64,000 bases of DNA from Candidatus Hydrogenedentota bacterium (GCA_963745075.1 CAVUWV010000009.1:64001-128000), one strand, 5' to 3'. Positions 40,684 to 51,752 are shown, counted from the first letter of the stretch. Numbers and translations are program-made. The notes: generated from the letters alone by a model not told the origin.

Positions 40684-41565
40684 ATGCGCGCAGTATCCGT
40701 ATGCTTCCTCGCGGTAGCCGTTGCCGTGCCGGCGTTTGCCCAGGTTCCACAGACCATTACCAATACAGAACTTACGCGCTATCTGGACCGCGCGACCAAG
40801 GCCATGCGCACGGCCAGCGACGACGCTGCGGCCACCGATGGCGTCGCCCTGCGCGAATCCCTCAAGCGCGCCCAGGAAAACTGGATGGCCTGCTATAGCA
40901 AGTATCGCGAATGGGTTAGCGCGGATACCAACTGGAAATCGGATTTTGACGCCATTACCGCGTCTATGACGAATGCCGTGAACGCGCTTACTCCGGGTAA
41001 CAATATTCCTAATGCAAAGATTCAGATCGATGCGGCCTTGGCAAAGCTCACCGCCCTGCGGAACCGCAATGGTGTTCCCGATCTCGAAGGCACGGTGAAC
41101 GACGTGGCGAAATCGTTGCAGGCCATGCAAACAACCAGCAAATCATTACAAGGCAAACGTCTGACGTTGGACGACCTGAGCACCCTTCGGAAACCGTACG
41201 AAGACGCAACGGGCAGTTGGCAGGAGTTCACGAAGGCCGTCATCGACCTCAACGCGCTCGGCCTGAGTTCGGGCGAACTCGACAAACTCAAGCAACTGGT
41301 TGCCCTGCAGAACCTCAAGTTCGACACCATCAACAACATTCTGAGGAATCCCGATACGGCGCGGCTCGTCACCGAACTTCAGTCTGCACGCGATCAACTC
41401 GCCCAACTGGTCGACGAACTGAGCCCGAATCTACCCGATTCGACCGGTGACGGGTCCGCCAATGATTCTACGCTGACCGGAAACGACGGCACGTCCCCAA
41501 AGGGACTCGGGCGGGACCGTCCTCATCCGTTCCGCGACCGGCCCCGATTACTCCCGCGGCGCTGA
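40684..41565 (+). CDS. secreted alpha-helical hypothetical protein
   Basis: AAGGAGG RBS, signal peptide MRAVSVCFLAVAVAVPAFA. Confidence 0.75.
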   Translation: MRAVSVCFLAVAVAVPAFAQVPQTITNTELTRYLDRATKAMRTASDDAAATDGVALRESLKRAQENWMACYSKYREWVSADTNWKSDFDAITASMTNAVNALTPGNNIPNAKIQIDAALAKLTALRNRNGVPDLEGTVNDVAKSLQAMQTTSKSLQGKRLTLDDLSTLRKPYEDATGSWQEFTKAVIDLNALGLSSGELDKLKQLVALQNLKFDTINNILRNPDTARLVTELQSARDQLAQLVDELSPNLPDSTGDGSANDSTLTGNDGTSPKGLGRDRPHPFRDRPRLLPRR

Positions 41566-44013
41566 GGGGTCCTGGCGCAGGCTCGCCCACTGGAACCGGT
41601 GAACCGGCAAGGGCATCTCCGAATCCGCGCCTTTGACACTCTTCCACACGATCTCGTTCAAGGCGAACATGGGAGCCCGGTCGTAATCGGACAGGTCCAT
41701 TTCGGAGGACTCATGCGCGCCCCACGCCGTAGGCTCGTTCCGTTCTTCCAAATCGATGTTGGGCTCGAGATGGGTGTACGGTGAGAGGTCGGGCGTGTCC
41801 GAGAAACTCGCGTACATGGGCGTGGCCGCCGCGTCGTACTGGCTCATGGGTTGCAGGCCCAGCAACAATTCCATCGTGCGCAACATCGAACTTGTCGTGT
41901 AGTGCGTGCTGTCCACGATTCCGCGTTTGCAATACGGGCTGATGACCAATCCCACCGTTCGCCGGGCATCCACGTGATCCGGTCCGTCTTGTGCGTCGTC
42001 CTGAATCACGAAGATCGCCATCTCCGGCCAATATTTGCTGTGACTGACGCGGTCGACAATCATCCCCAGCCCGTAGTCGTTACTCGCAACCGCCGCACGC
42101 GGAGTGGGGGCACCAGGACTGGTTCCCTTCGTATGATCTTCCGGCAGCGCCATGACAATGTAATTGGGAAGGCGCTGGTCGGGATTTGCACTATCATAAT
42201 TCGCCTCGTACTGGTCGAACTCGCGAATGAACTCTGCGGCGTTCTCCGTATCGCGCGCCCCCCAGGACAAGTAGTTCGGCGCCACGTGGCCCACCAGCCC
42301 GGCGGCTTTGTCCAACGCCTCCATCGCTTTTCCTTCACTCACTCGCGCCGCGGATTCGCCGTAGGTACGGTATGTGAGCCCTTTCCGCTTACACTGGTCC
42401 CACAGGTATCCCGCGCCGGGAATCATCGCCAGCGACGGACCGTACTCCGTCTTGCCACCGTAGGACGCGGGCCAGTTCTTCTCGATGAAGTCCGTGGCGT
42501 ACGCCGCGTTCGACCAGGAATGGCCGTCCCGGCTCACCTCCGCGTCGCAGAAAATGTTGTCGAGCAGGACAAACTGTTCCACGATGGCGTGAATGTTCGG
42601 CGTCACCTCGCGCCCGAAAATCGCCAGCCGGGGATCGCCGTTGCCCTGGGGGAGATCGCCCAACACCTGGTCGTAGGTGCGGTTCTCTTTGATGACGTAA
42701 ATGACGTGCTTGATCGGCGAGCCTACGCCGACCTTACTCGGCACAACCGTCGAACGATCCTTCGGCGGTTTAGCCTCGGTCAAAAGTTCGTCGTTGTACG
42801 GGCAATTCGCATAGGCTTGAAGCGTCAGCTCGCGCAGTTTCGGCTTGTTGAGATTCAGATCGACGATGTTCACCGTTCCTCTGGTGAGCGACTTGACCGA
42901 ACCTTTGCCTTCCTCTCCGTCGGGCAGCGGACTATGCGGTCCGCGGACGTCCGATACGGATGCGTTGCCCTTGGCATTGCCGATGTACAGTTTGTCGCCC
43001 GTCGGCGAAACGTTTACCGCCGACGGGTACCACCCCGCCGGAACGAATCCGAGCACCGTGCTTTCGCCCGGCTCATCGATGTCAACAACGCATACGTTAT
43101 TGTTGTCGGCGTTCGCTACGTAGAGGGTATCGGACGTTGGGTCCAGGGCGAGCGCGTTGGGCGTGGAGCCTTCCGGTGACCGCTCAGTCAACGACGTGAC
43201 GATGGTTTCCGTGGCGCGTTCCTTTGCCGTATCGATGACAATCACCGTGTTGTCGTTCGCGCAGCACACGAAGAGCCGTCCGTCTTCAGACAACACCATG
43301 TCGGTCGGGTTGTCGCCCACGGCGACCGTGCGGACCACGGCAGCGGTCGACGTGTCAATCACGCTGACGCTGTCGCTGCCCCAGTTGCTGCAATAAAGGG
43401 TCGAGCCATCTTCATTCAGCACCAGGTCATAGGGGTTCAGTTCCGTTGGAATCTTGTCTTCAATCGCTCCGGTTTCACTGTTGAAAACCACAATTTCGTT
43501 CGAGGCCCGGTTCGCCGCATATAGCAACAGCTTCGCCGGATGATGCACGAGTCCGGACCAGAAGATCTGTTTCGGATCCAGCGTATCGGTAAACGTGGTC
43601 ACGGGTTGATCTGAAAGCTTGCCGTCCGCATACGTGAAGGCGTAGACCGGTGCGCGGATACCTTCCTTGGCTTTGTCGTTTCCGCCAGACACGTACAACT
43701 TCGATCCGTCCGGCGCCCACGCAAGCCCGAACCAGGCCGTCGGAAGTGGGATTCGTTGTACGACCTCGTCACTATCCACGCTGATAGTGACGATCCCGTG
43801 TGGATTGAAGCCGCACTGCAGTGCGACCATGATCTTTCCATCAGGGGCCGGCACAATATTTAGGGGCAGGTCGTTCATGGGAATCGGCGTGCCCACCGGC
43901 GTGATGCTCCAACCGTTGGGCAGGTAGAAGCCCTTTTCCACGGGTCCGGGCAGCTGGGCGAACGCCGCCCCCACGCAAAACCCAATGACGAGCAGCCCCT
44001 CTCGTACGCGCAT
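41548..44013 (-). CDS. YVTN beta-propeller plus phosphoesterase-family protein
   Basis: YVTN-like blades (LYVANADNN, LYCSNWGSD) and IKHVIYVIKENRTYDQVLGD, DDAQDGPDHVDARR. Confidence 0.9.
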   Translation of the reverse strand: MRVREGLLVIGFCVGAAFAQLPGPVEKGFYLPNGWSITPVGTPIPMNDLPLNIVPAPDGKIMVALQCGFNPHGIVTISVDSDEVVQRIPLPTAWFGLAWAPDGSKLYVSGGNDKAKEGIRAPVYAFTYADGKLSDQPVTTFTDTLDPKQIFWSGLVHHPAKLLLYAANRASNEIVVFNSETGAIEDKIPTELNPYDLVLNEDGSTLYCSNWGSDSVSVIDTSTAAVVRTVAVGDNPTDMVLSEDGRLFVCCANDNTVIVIDTAKERATETIVTSLTERSPEGSTPNALALDPTSDTLYVANADNNNVCVVDIDEPGESTVLGFVPAGWYPSAVNVSPTGDKLYIGNAKGNASVSDVRGPHSPLPDGEEGKGSVKSLTRGTVNIVDLNLNKPKLRELTLQAYANCPYNDELLTEAKPPKDRSTVVPSKVGVGSPIKHVIYVIKENRTYDQVLGDLPQGNGDPRLAIFGREVTPNIHAIVEQFVLLDNIFCDAEVSRDGHSWSNAAYATDFIEKNWPASYGGKTEYGPSLAMIPGAGYLWDQCKRKGLTYRTYGESAARVSEGKAMEALDKAAGLVGHVAPNYLSWGARDTENAAEFIREFDQYEANYDSANPDQRLPNYIVMALPEDHTKGTSPGAPTPRAAVASNDYGLGMIVDRVSHSKYWPEMAIFVIQDDAQDGPDHVDARRTVGLVISPYCKRGIVDSTHYTTSSMLRTMELLLGLQPMSQYDAAATPMYASFSDTPDLSPYTHLEPNIDLEERNEPTAWGAHESSEMDLSDYDRAPMFALNEIVWKSVKGADSEMPLPVHRFQWASLRQDPSAPRE

Positions 44014-44189
44014 GATAGTACTCCCGTGTTGTAACCACTTTCTGGCGGGCGGACCAATCGGCCCGCAGTTCCTGGATGATAGGGCAGCGCGGGAACGGGT
44101 GCAACGTATCCCATACGAGCCCAGTGAGTACAAGCCTGCCCGACTTTGAGCAGAGAATGATTAGGAAACTTGATATCTTTCACAGAATA

Positions 44190-44208
44190 GACTAAACTTA
44201 GTTTAGTC
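44190..44208. promoter_or_regulatory. toxin-antitoxin operator palindrome
   Basis: Perfect dyad GACTAAACT-T-AGTTTAGTC 20 nt upstream of the antitoxin start. Confidence 0.7.
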
Positions 44209-44228
44209 ACTAATGAGGATTTTGAACC

Positions 44229-44468
44229 ATGAAACAATCCAATATCCACGAAGCGAAGACCCATCTGTCCCGGTTGGTTGAGCGGGTCGCGCAGGGTGAG
44301 GAGATTATCATCGCGAAGGCCGGCAAGCCCATGGCCAAACTGGTTCCCTATCGTGAGGACGAGGGTCCGCGCCAGCCCGGCTACTGGCGCGGCCAGGTTG
44401 AGATTCGGGACGATTTCGACGTTTTGCCCGACGACATCGCGGCGGCTTTTGGCGGCGAGCGACCGTGA
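44229..44468 (+). CDS. Phd/YefM family antitoxin
   Basis: NIHEAKTHLSRLVERV..GEEIIIAKAGKPMAKLVP. Confidence 0.95.
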   Translation: MKQSNIHEAKTHLSRLVERVAQGEEIIIAKAGKPMAKLVPYREDEGPRQPGYWRGQVEIRDDFDVLPDDIAAAFGGERP

Positions 44469-44842
44469 ATCTGCTTCTTGATACGCATACCTTGCTGTGG
44501 TGGCTGGCTGACCACGCGGGACTGTCCGCCGAAGCGCGCGCAATCATTCGTGACTCGAAGGACATGGTCTACGTGAGTGCCGCCACGGCCTGGGAGATTT
44601 CGATCAAGAGAACGCTAGGCAAACTCCGTGCTCCGGATGACCTGGAGGACGCGATTGCCGCAAGCGGATTCCGGGAAATGCCGATTACGATTGGGCACGC
44701 GCTTGCGGCCGGCCAGCTTCCCATGCAACACAGCGATCCATTCGACAGGATGCTAATCGCACAGGCCAAGCTGGAGTCCCTGACGTTGGTCACCCGCGAC
44801 AAGCGCATCCAAAAATACGGAATACCGACCATAGACGCATGA
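44465..44842 (+). CDS. vapC: VapC PIN-domain toxin
   Basis: LLLDTHTLLWW, SAATAWEI, HSDPFDRMLIAQA, LVTRD; GTGA overlap with the antitoxin. Confidence 0.95.
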   Translation: MNLLLDTHTLLWWLADHAGLSAEARAIIRDSKDMVYVSAATAWEISIKRTLGKLRAPDDLEDAIAASGFREMPITIGHALAAGQLPMQHSDPFDRMLIAQAKLESLTLVTRDKRIQKYGIPTIDA

Positions 44843-44979
44843 CTGGCCCATTCGGTGGCCATTCCGTTGAATCCGATCAGTATGACCCCCAACGTAAGAC
44901 GGCGCGTACGACTCCCTAGCCCGGCCCCGACATTGAAACGGCCCGACGCCGCCGGTATCGTCAGCGCGGAGGGTTAATC

Positions 44980-46431
44980 ATGTATAAGCCGTTGACCGTC
45001 TTCTCGCTCTTTTTCTTTTTGATGACGCCGGCCGCTAATATCGCCTTGGCGCAAACGCCCGAACCCCTGCAACTCGGTTCACGGTTGGAACTCTTCGTCG
45101 ACAATTACCTCGTCGATCGGTTCGACGGGGCGGAACTGCGTCTGCACCCACCGGTCGAAGGCGACACCGTGATCCGGTTCGACAAACCGTGGGAAGGGCG
45201 TTACTGCGGCTACGTCACCGTCATCAAAGACACCGACCGCTACCGCCTCTATTACCGCGGTCTTCCCGTGGCGGGGAAGGACGGTTCGGCGACGGAGGTT
45301 ACCTGTTACGCGGAAAGCCCTGACGGAATTGCCTTCACGAAACCCAGCCTGGGCTTGTTCGAAGTCGACGGCACACAGGACAACAACGTCATTCTCGCCG
45401 ACAATCCGCCGTTCTCCCATAATTTTGCGCCGTTTCTCGACACGCGTCCGGACGTGGCGCCCGAAGAACGGTTCAAGGCCCTCGCCGGTACCCGGCAAAG
45501 CGGTCTCTGCGCGTTCGTGTCGGCGGACGGGACGACGTGGAAGAAGCTGCGCGACGAACCGGTTATCACCGAAGGCGCCTTCGATTCCCAGAATATCGCG
45601 TTCTGGTCGGAGGCGGAGGGGATGTATGTCAGCTACTTCCGCATCTTCAGCGACGGCTTTCGCAGCATCAGCCGGACCACCTCGCCCGATTTCAGGACGT
45701 GGTCCACGCCGGTCGAAATGACGTATGGCGATACACCGCGCGAACATCTCTACACGAACCAGACCGCGCCGTATTTTCGAGCGCCGCACGTCTACGTGTC
45801 GATCGCAGCGCGTTTCATGCCGGGCCGTCGCATCGTGTCCGAAGAGCAGGCCAAGACGCTCGGCGGCGACGTCCAGTACTCCGGCGACTGTTCCGACGCG
45901 ATCTTCATGACGACCCGCGGTGGCAGCGTCTACGACCGCACCTTCATGGAAGGGTATATCCGGCCTGGTCTCGGTCTTGGCAACTGGACTTCGCGGACCA
46001 ACTACCCCGCGTACAACGTCGTCCCCATCTCCGACACGGAGATGGACCTCTACGTTCAGCGCAACTACGGCCAGGACACGCACCACCTGCAACGGCTCAA
46101 ACTCCGCACGGATGGCTTCGTGTCGGTCAACGCCCCGTACGAAGGCGGCGAGTTTCATACCAAACCGTTCACGTTCACCGGTAGCCAGCTCGTCATCAAC
46201 TACTCGACCTCCGCCGCGGGGAGTGTATGGATTGAATTGCAGGACGCGAACGGCGCACCGCTCGAAGGTTTTTCCCGCGACGACTGTGATGAGATTGTCG
46301 GCGACGAAATCGCCCGCATCGTGACGTGGAAGGGGAATGCGGCTCTCTCGTCGATTGTAGGGAAGCCGGTTCGGCTTTGTGGTGTGATGAAAGACGCCGA
46401 TCTGTACTCGATTCAGTTTCGCGAGTCATAG
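44980..46431 (+). CDS. secreted five-bladed beta-propeller glycosidase-like protein
   Basis: Signal peptide; LELFVDNYL, YAESPDG, SADG..W, FDSQN, LRTDGFVS, DADLYS motifs. Confidence 0.75.
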   Translation: MYKPLTVFSLFFFLMTPAANIALAQTPEPLQLGSRLELFVDNYLVDRFDGAELRLHPPVEGDTVIRFDKPWEGRYCGYVTVIKDTDRYRLYYRGLPVAGKDGSATEVTCYAESPDGIAFTKPSLGLFEVDGTQDNNVILADNPPFSHNFAPFLDTRPDVAPEERFKALAGTRQSGLCAFVSADGTTWKKLRDEPVITEGAFDSQNIAFWSEAEGMYVSYFRIFSDGFRSISRTTSPDFRTWSTPVEMTYGDTPREHLYTNQTAPYFRAPHVYVSIAARFMPGRRIVSEEQAKTLGGDVQYSGDCSDAIFMTTRGGSVYDRTFMEGYIRPGLGLGNWTSRTNYPAYNVVPISDTEMDLYVQRNYGQDTHHLQRLKLRTDGFVSVNAPYEGGEFHTKPFTFTGSQLVINYSTSAAGSVWIELQDANGAPLEGFSRDDCDEIVGDEIARIVTWKGNAALSSIVGKPVRLCGVMKDADLYSIQFRES

Positions 46432-46457
46432 CATTCGCGAATGGGGATGGGGGAACC

Positions 46458-47546
46458 ATGACCTTCAAAGACATGCACCTGGCCGTGTTTCGTCGCGAGT
46501 CTACGGGGGGGCGCATTCTGTGGCAGCCTCGTATCGAGCATTGGTACCACACCAACAAGGCGCAGGGCACGCTGCCGGAGCGTTACCGCGAGCTTTCCCT
46601 GCTCGAAGTGTTCGACGACCTCGGTTGTTCGGTTCGGCCCTATTGGGCGTTCAACGAGTGCCTCCGGATTGTGGATTCCGAGGAACTGGTCCGTGAGGAA
46701 CGCGAAGACGGCCTGCTCACCACTGTCACCGAGCGAACACCGGTCGGTGATTTGGTGACCATTACGGAACGCGCGTCCCAATCGACACACACGCGCAAGT
46801 ATCCCGTCGTCACGACCGAGGATATGGCCGTCATGGAATGGCGATTGCGCAACCGGCGCGTATCCTTCGACCTCGCGCGGTACGAGGAACGTTGTGTCGA
46901 GATCGGCGACCGCGCCGCACCGTGTATCTACATCCCCCGGATCAACCTGTTACGGCTGGTCATCGACTTCATGGGTTTCGAAGGGGCGCTCACGGCCTTC
47001 TACACCATGCCGGCCGAAATCGAACGGCTTATCCAAATTATCAACGAAACCGACGATGCGATTCTCGAAGCTGTTTGCGACAGCCCGCTCGAGATCATCA
47101 ACTTCGGCGACAACGTGCATCAGGCCTTCTGTCCGCCGAACCTGTTCCGCCAATGGGTCATGCCCGAATACATCCGGCGCAACGAACGCCTGCACGCCGC
47201 CGGGAAGAAGACGTATCCCCATTGGGATGGGGACTGCGCGCAGTTGTTGCCCTACGCACAAGACTGCGGATTCGACGGGTTCGAAGCCATTACCCCCGTC
47301 CCGCAGGGCGACGTGACGTTGGAGCGGGTTCGCGACGCCCTCGGCGACCGCATCATGGTGGATGGTATTCCTTGCACGGATTTCCTGACAACCGAACCCG
47401 TTGAGAGTCTAATTGCCAACACGCATAAGTGCATCGAGTACTTCGCGCCGAACCTCGTGTTGGGCATTTCCGACGAGATCTCTCCCGTCGGCGATATCGA
47501 GCGCGTGCGTCTTGTCAGCGAAATCGTTGCGGAATCCGGAAACTAG
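46458..47546 (+). CDS. uroporphyrinogen decarboxylase (URO-D) superfamily protein
   Basis: NFGDN, HWDG, EAITPVPQGDVT, LVLGISDE motifs. Confidence 0.8.
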   Translation: MTFKDMHLAVFRRESTGGRILWQPRIEHWYHTNKAQGTLPERYRELSLLEVFDDLGCSVRPYWAFNECLRIVDSEELVREEREDGLLTTVTERTPVGDLVTITERASQSTHTRKYPVVTTEDMAVMEWRLRNRRVSFDLARYEERCVEIGDRAAPCIYIPRINLLRLVIDFMGFEGALTAFYTMPAEIERLIQIINETDDAILEAVCDSPLEIINFGDNVHQAFCPPNLFRQWVMPEYIRRNERLHAAGKKTYPHWDGDCAQLLPYAQDCGFDGFEAITPVPQGDVTLERVRDALGDRIMVDGIPCTDFLTTEPVESLIANTHKCIEYFAPNLVLGISDEISPVGDIERVRLVSEIVAESGN

Positions 47547-47598
47547 CACCGGATGACGATACGGGTCGCCCCGCTCAAGATGGCGATAAAGCCGGATT

Positions 47599-48546
47599 CT
47601 ATCCTTCTTGCGATTCCAGCCAGCGGGATGCGTCGATGGCCGCCCTGCACCCGCTGCCGGCAGCCGTGACGGCTTGACGATAGACCTTGTCCTTCACGTC
47701 ACCCGCGGCGAATACGCCTTCCACATTCGTGTAGGTCGAGTCGGGCTTGGTGATCAAGTATCCGGTTTCATCCATATCGAGCACGTCTTTGAACAAGTCG
47801 GTGTTCGGCTTGTGACCGATGGCCGAGAAATAACCCGCGCAGTCAATTTCGCGGGTTTCGCCGGAATTGACGTCCTTGATGCGAACGCCCGTCACACCGT
47901 TCTTATCGTTCCCCAGAATTTCTTCGACGACGGAGTTCCATTCCACCTGAATCTTCTCATTGGCCAACGCCCGGTCCCCCATGATTTTGCTGGCCCGGAA
48001 CTCATCCCGGCGATGGATGATGTGCACCTTGCTGCCGAAGCCAGCGAGGAAGAGCGCCTCTTCCATGGCGGTATCACCCCCGCCTACCACGACCAGCGGT
48101 TTGTTGCGAAACCGGGGCAGGGCGCCGTCGCACGTTGCGCACGCGGAGACGCCCTTGTTCATGAACTTTTCTTCCGATTCCAGGCCCAGATACCTGGCCG
48201 TGGCGCCCGTGGCGATAATGATCGCCTTGGCCTGCCACGTCTCATCCTTGGCTTTCACCGTAAACGGCCGCTTGGAGAAATCGACCTCGGTGATGGTCTT
48301 CGAGAGGATCTTTGTGCCGAATCGTTGCGCCTGCTTCTTGAATAGATCCATCATTTCCGGCCCGGTCACGCCGTCGGGGAAACCCGGGTAGTTCTCGACC
48401 TCGGTCGTGGTCATGAGTTGCCCCCCGGGCAGCACGTCTTTGCTCAGGGCGCCCTCAAACAGCAGCGGTTCCAGATTGGCGCGCGACGTGTACAGCGCCG
48501 CCGTGTATCCCGCCGGGCCGGAACCGATAATGATGACGTTTTCCAT
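47599..48546 (-). CDS. trxB: thioredoxin reductase
   Basis: [52 protein letters not shown] motifs. Confidence 0.97.
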   Translation of the reverse strand: MENVIIIGSGPAGYTAALYTSRANLEPLLFEGALSKDVLPGGQLMTTTEVENYPGFPDGVTGPEMMDLFKKQAQRFGTKILSKTITEVDFSKRPFTVKAKDETWQAKAIIIATGATARYLGLESEEKFMNKGVSACATCDGALPRFRNKPLVVVGGGDTAMEEALFLAGFGSKVHIIHRRDEFRASKIMGDRALANEKIQVEWNSVVEEILGNDKNGVTGVRIKDVNSGETREIDCAGYFSAIGHKPNTDLFKDVLDMDETGYLITKPDSTYTNVEGVFAAGDVKDKVYRQAVTAAGSGCRAAIDASRWLESQEG

Positions 48547-48779
48547 GGGATGCTCCGATCATGAGGACGTGGCACACAACCCGGCCACGCCTTCGAATGT
48601 TATTGCACTATGAGTTGGCGAATGGAACAAATTATACGATCCGTCCTCTAAGGAGGGCAAAAAAACGAACCGAAGGTGGCGCTGGCTTGACGTACACCGG
48701 TCGCACCCACAACATTGCACGCCCCCGAGTTTTGTTCAGAATCCTCCTTTAGGGGTGTGCGCGTGCAACAACATTCCTA

Positions 48780-48809
48780 TTGACAGAAAGCGAGTGTCCG
48801 TGTTAGTGT
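48780..48809 (+). promoter_or_regulatory. putative promoter of the M4 peptidase/peptide locus
   Basis: TTGACA (48780-48785), 18 nt, TG-extended TAGTGT (48804-48809). Confidence 0.45.
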
Positions 48810-48888
48810 CGCTTTGTGGGTTGTACCAGAGGTTGCGTGAAGTAGTGTTTTGGAGGCGCATAGTAACACGCAAACGGGGGAACAAGCC

Positions 48889-50652
48889 ATGAGAAAAGTG
48901 CTATTGGGGGGGTATTCCGGCAACAGTTTCTTTGGGCGGGGGCTTGCGGCGCTGATACTTACGTCAGTGGTAACCATGCTATCTGCTGCGGCGGAAGGCG
49001 TCGAAGCGGATCAGACGGTCGTTGCGTCTACGCTCATCGAGAGTATAGGGGAATTGGCGCCTGATGAGACTCCGCGAATCGCGGTGGACAGTCGGGGCGT
49101 CGTGACCCATTTCGCCGCGCCACGGGGGCACTCGATGAGCGTGGAGGGCGCGTCGCCGGATGACGGCAAGGACCAACGGGCCTTGAAATTCGTGGAAACG
49201 CACGCGCAAGCGCTCGGGCTCGCCAGCGACCGTGTTGGACTGAACGTCCACGCCATCACCACGACCCCGGAACGCTCGTATGTGCGAATCAAACAGCAGT
49301 ACGACGGAATCCCGATCCACGGCGCGGAAATCGTCCTGCAACTCCAGCCGGACGGCACGGTGAAGTCATTTCTGGCGGATATCATGACCGAGACCGCCGC
49401 TCTGGACGCGGACCCGGGGGCCACGGAACCGGGGTTGAACGCGGCCGAAGCCGCCGAGTCCGTCCTGGAAATCGCCAGTGAACGCCTCCAGAAGGCGCAG
49501 GAGAAATACCGGTCCGATGTGACATTGGCGGTCGAATCGGGAGAAATCGACGCGGAAACGGCGCAAGAACACCTCGATCAAGCAAGCGCAGCAGTCGCGG
49601 AGCTTACAGACAACGGCGGACTTCAGATTTACGCGCCGCACGTTATCGGCGATTCCGGCACGAACGCGCTGGTTTGGGTTTTCAAGGTAGATGACACGGC
49701 GGGAATCACGAAACCGGTGCAAATATTTATCGACGCAGATACTGGAGAGTTGGTTCACGTGAATCCACTCGTTGCGGACGCCATAGACAGAAGACTCTAC
49801 GACAATCACCTCAATGGATTGGATGGAATCCCGAATGCGACGCTGCGCCGCACAGAAACGAGTGGTCCGGTGACAATATTCGACACAATCTTTTTTGCCG
49901 ATTTCAATGCCCACTGGGACATTCTTGGATATGTGTACGACTATTTCGATGAGAACCACGGATGGGACGGCTGGGATGGGGTTGGCGGGTCGATATACTC
50001 GTACATACGGTTTGATCTCGTATCCAACGCCGTATGCGATACAGATAACGGTTACATGTGGTTCGGGACAAACGGGATCGCGGTCTCGGACGACGTGGTG
50101 GGACACGAGTTCACACACGCCGTGGTGCACGGCGTGTGTGAACTGCAATACTGGAGACAATCAGGAGCAATCTCAGAATCCTTGGCTGACATGTGGGGCG
50201 AGTTCATTGACTGGTCGTGCCCCGTTTTGGGAAATGATTTGGCGTCAGTGAAGTGGCAAATCGCTGAAACTATCGGAAGTGGACCACTTAGGGACATGCA
50301 GGATCCACACCAACGTCTTCAACCGGACATATATCAGGGCACGTACTGGGTTTACGGGAACGGCCAAATGACAGAAGAGGAAAATGACGTCTTTGTCCAT
50401 ACGAACAGCGGAGTCGGCAACAAACTCGCATATTTGCTCACCGACGGCGACACGTTCAATGGCAGTTTTGTCAGTGGCATGGGGGTAGCGGTAGTTCGCG
50501 ACCTGTATTGGGAAACCGTACAGCTGATGGGAACAAGCTGCAATTACCACGATCTCCATGACCTATTATTGGATGCAGCGGACAATCTAGACCTGACCAC
50601 CGGCCAGGTTGATAACATCCAAGCCGCCTGCGAAGCCGTTGAAATTGACTGA
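48889..50652 (+). CDS. secreted thermolysin-family (M4) zinc metallopeptidase preproprotein
   Basis: Signal peptide, FTP (YVRIKQQYDGIPIHG), PepSY (IFIDADTGE), DVVGHEFTH, QSGAISESLAD, LRDMQDP, VHTNSGVGN. Confidence 0.95.
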   Translation: MRKVLLGGYSGNSFFGRGLAALILTSVVTMLSAAAEGVEADQTVVASTLIESIGELAPDETPRIAVDSRGVVTHFAAPRGHSMSVEGASPDDGKDQRALKFVETHAQALGLASDRVGLNVHAITTTPERSYVRIKQQYDGIPIHGAEIVLQLQPDGTVKSFLADIMTETAALDADPGATEPGLNAAEAAESVLEIASERLQKAQEKYRSDVTLAVESGEIDAETAQEHLDQASAAVAELTDNGGLQIYAPHVIGDSGTNALVWVFKVDDTAGITKPVQIFIDADTGELVHVNPLVADAIDRRLYDNHLNGLDGIPNATLRRTETSGPVTIFDTIFFADFNAHWDILGYVYDYFDENHGWDGWDGVGGSIYSYIRFDLVSNAVCDTDNGYMWFGTNGIAVSDDVVGHEFTHAVVHGVCELQYWRQSGAISESLADMWGEFIDWSCPVLGNDLASVKWQIAETIGSGPLRDMQDPHQRLQPDIYQGTYWVYGNGQMTEEENDVFVHTNSGVGNKLAYLLTDGDTFNGSFVSGMGVAVVRDLYWETVQLMGTSCNYHDLHDLLLDAADNLDLTTGQVDNIQAACEAVEID

Positions 50653-50706
50653 GGCCAAGTGAGGCTCCCATATGATGGCACAGGACAATAGAAAAGGAGT
50701 GATCAC

Positions 50707-50886
50707 ATGTCAAGAATAAGACTCGTGAGCCGGGTTCCCTTCGTCGATCCGTTGCTCCCGGCACCAGCTATTCAAGCGGAAACCCCGAAGGAGCGATACA
50801 AGACCTGTGAAGACGAGCAAACGTCCCTGATAGGCAAGGCCGCCTGCTACCGCACGCTGGTACAGGAGAAACTTACGGGCAAGTAG
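50707..50886 (+). CDS. small peptide P1 (59 aa) MSRIRLVSRVPFVDPLLPAPAIQAETPKERYKTCEDEQTSLIGKAACYRTLVQEKLTGK
   Basis: AAGGAG RBS, translated by hand; paralogous to P2-P5; below the ORF-track cutoff. Confidence 0.88.
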   Translation: MSRIRLVSRVPFVDPLLPAPAIQAETPKERYKTCEDEQTSLIGKAACYRTLVQEKLTGK

Positions 50887-50994
50887 TCCAAACTCACGTT
50901 GAGAATTCTTGGAAAACAGGGGTCGAGTGGCAGTTCTCGTAGAGCGCTGTTCGCTACTTTCTTCAGTACCATGATGAAAGGCAAAGTATTCGCA

Positions 50995-51174
50995 ATGGAT
51001 AGAATTCGAAGCATGAGTCGTGTGCCATTCGTCGAGAATCGCAGGCCCGCCGTGGCGGTCTGGCAAGGGAACGCGGTCACCCACTTGAAGGAGTGTCTCT
51101 CGCACCAGACCACGGTCCGTGGCAAGAAGGAATGCTACGAGACGTACCAGGCGGAGAAAGCTGAGAAGCAGTAA
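50995..51174 (+). CDS. small peptide P2 (59 aa) MDRIRSMSRVPFVENRRPAVAVWQGNAVTHLKECLSHQTTVRGKKECYETYQAEKAEKQ
   Basis: Same leader and C-x12-C spacing as P1; C-terminal part of track ORF 50899-51174. Confidence 0.85.
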   Translation: MDRIRSMSRVPFVENRRPAVAVWQGNAVTHLKECLSHQTTVRGKKECYETYQAEKAEKQ

Positions 51175-51200
51175 CAGGGATTCGTGGTGAGGTATGAGTC

Positions 51201-51380
51201 ATGCATAGAATCAAGTCTGTCAGCCGCATTCCCGTCGCCACACAGCCGCGATACGCGGCGCTTCCCCCTTCTGCATGGGAGCACTACAAGGCTTGTGTAA
51301 ACGAGCAATCGACGTTGGCTGGCAAGAAGGAGTGTTTCCGCAATTATATCGGGGAGCGTTCCGAGGATAAAAACCCATAG
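51201..51380 (+). CDS. small peptide P3 (59 aa) MHRIKSVSRIPVATQPRYAALPPSAWEHYKACVNEQSTLAGKKECFRNYIGERSEDKNP
   Basis: GAGG RBS, translated by hand; paralog of P1; absent from the ORF track. Confidence 0.87.
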   Translation: MHRIKSVSRIPVATQPRYAALPPSAWEHYKACVNEQSTLAGKKECFRNYIGERSEDKNP

Positions 51381-51395
51381 TCTGGAGAGGGTGCG

Positions 51396-51701
51396 ATGTA
51401 CTGGGTGTTCGCGTTTGGCGCAGGTATCGGCGCCAACGGAAACCAGCTCCGCGCTTGGACGCACGCTAATGGTTGCGTGGGCAATAGACTTGCCTATCTA
51501 CTCACGGACGGCGAAACGGTTAACGGGATGGGCGAGTTACCCGTGCGGGAACTTTATTGGGAAACCCTCCAATTGATGCCGGTCGATCCCGATTACAATG
51601 ACTTGTATCAATTGCTTTTAGACGCAGCAGACAATCTCGGTATGTCGCCAGCAGAAGTGAGCAATATCCAGAATGGTTGTGAGGCCGTCGAGATCGACTG
51701 A
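51396..51701 (+). CDS. orphan C-terminal fragment paralogous to the upstream M4 peptidase (101 aa)
   Basis: YWV...THANGCVGNRLAYLLTDG...LYWETLQLM...LLLDAADNL...CEAVEID aligns with the last ~100 aa of 48889-50652; no HExxH; GGAG RBS upstream. Confidence 0.85.
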   Translation: MYWVFAFGAGIGANGNQLRAWTHANGCVGNRLAYLLTDGETVNGMGELPVRELYWETLQLMPVDPDYNDLYQLLLDAADNLGMSPAEVSNIQNGCEAVEID

Positions 51702-51752
51702 GTGCGGAAGTCATTCAACCCAACTTACCTTAACAGAAAAAGGAGTGCTCGA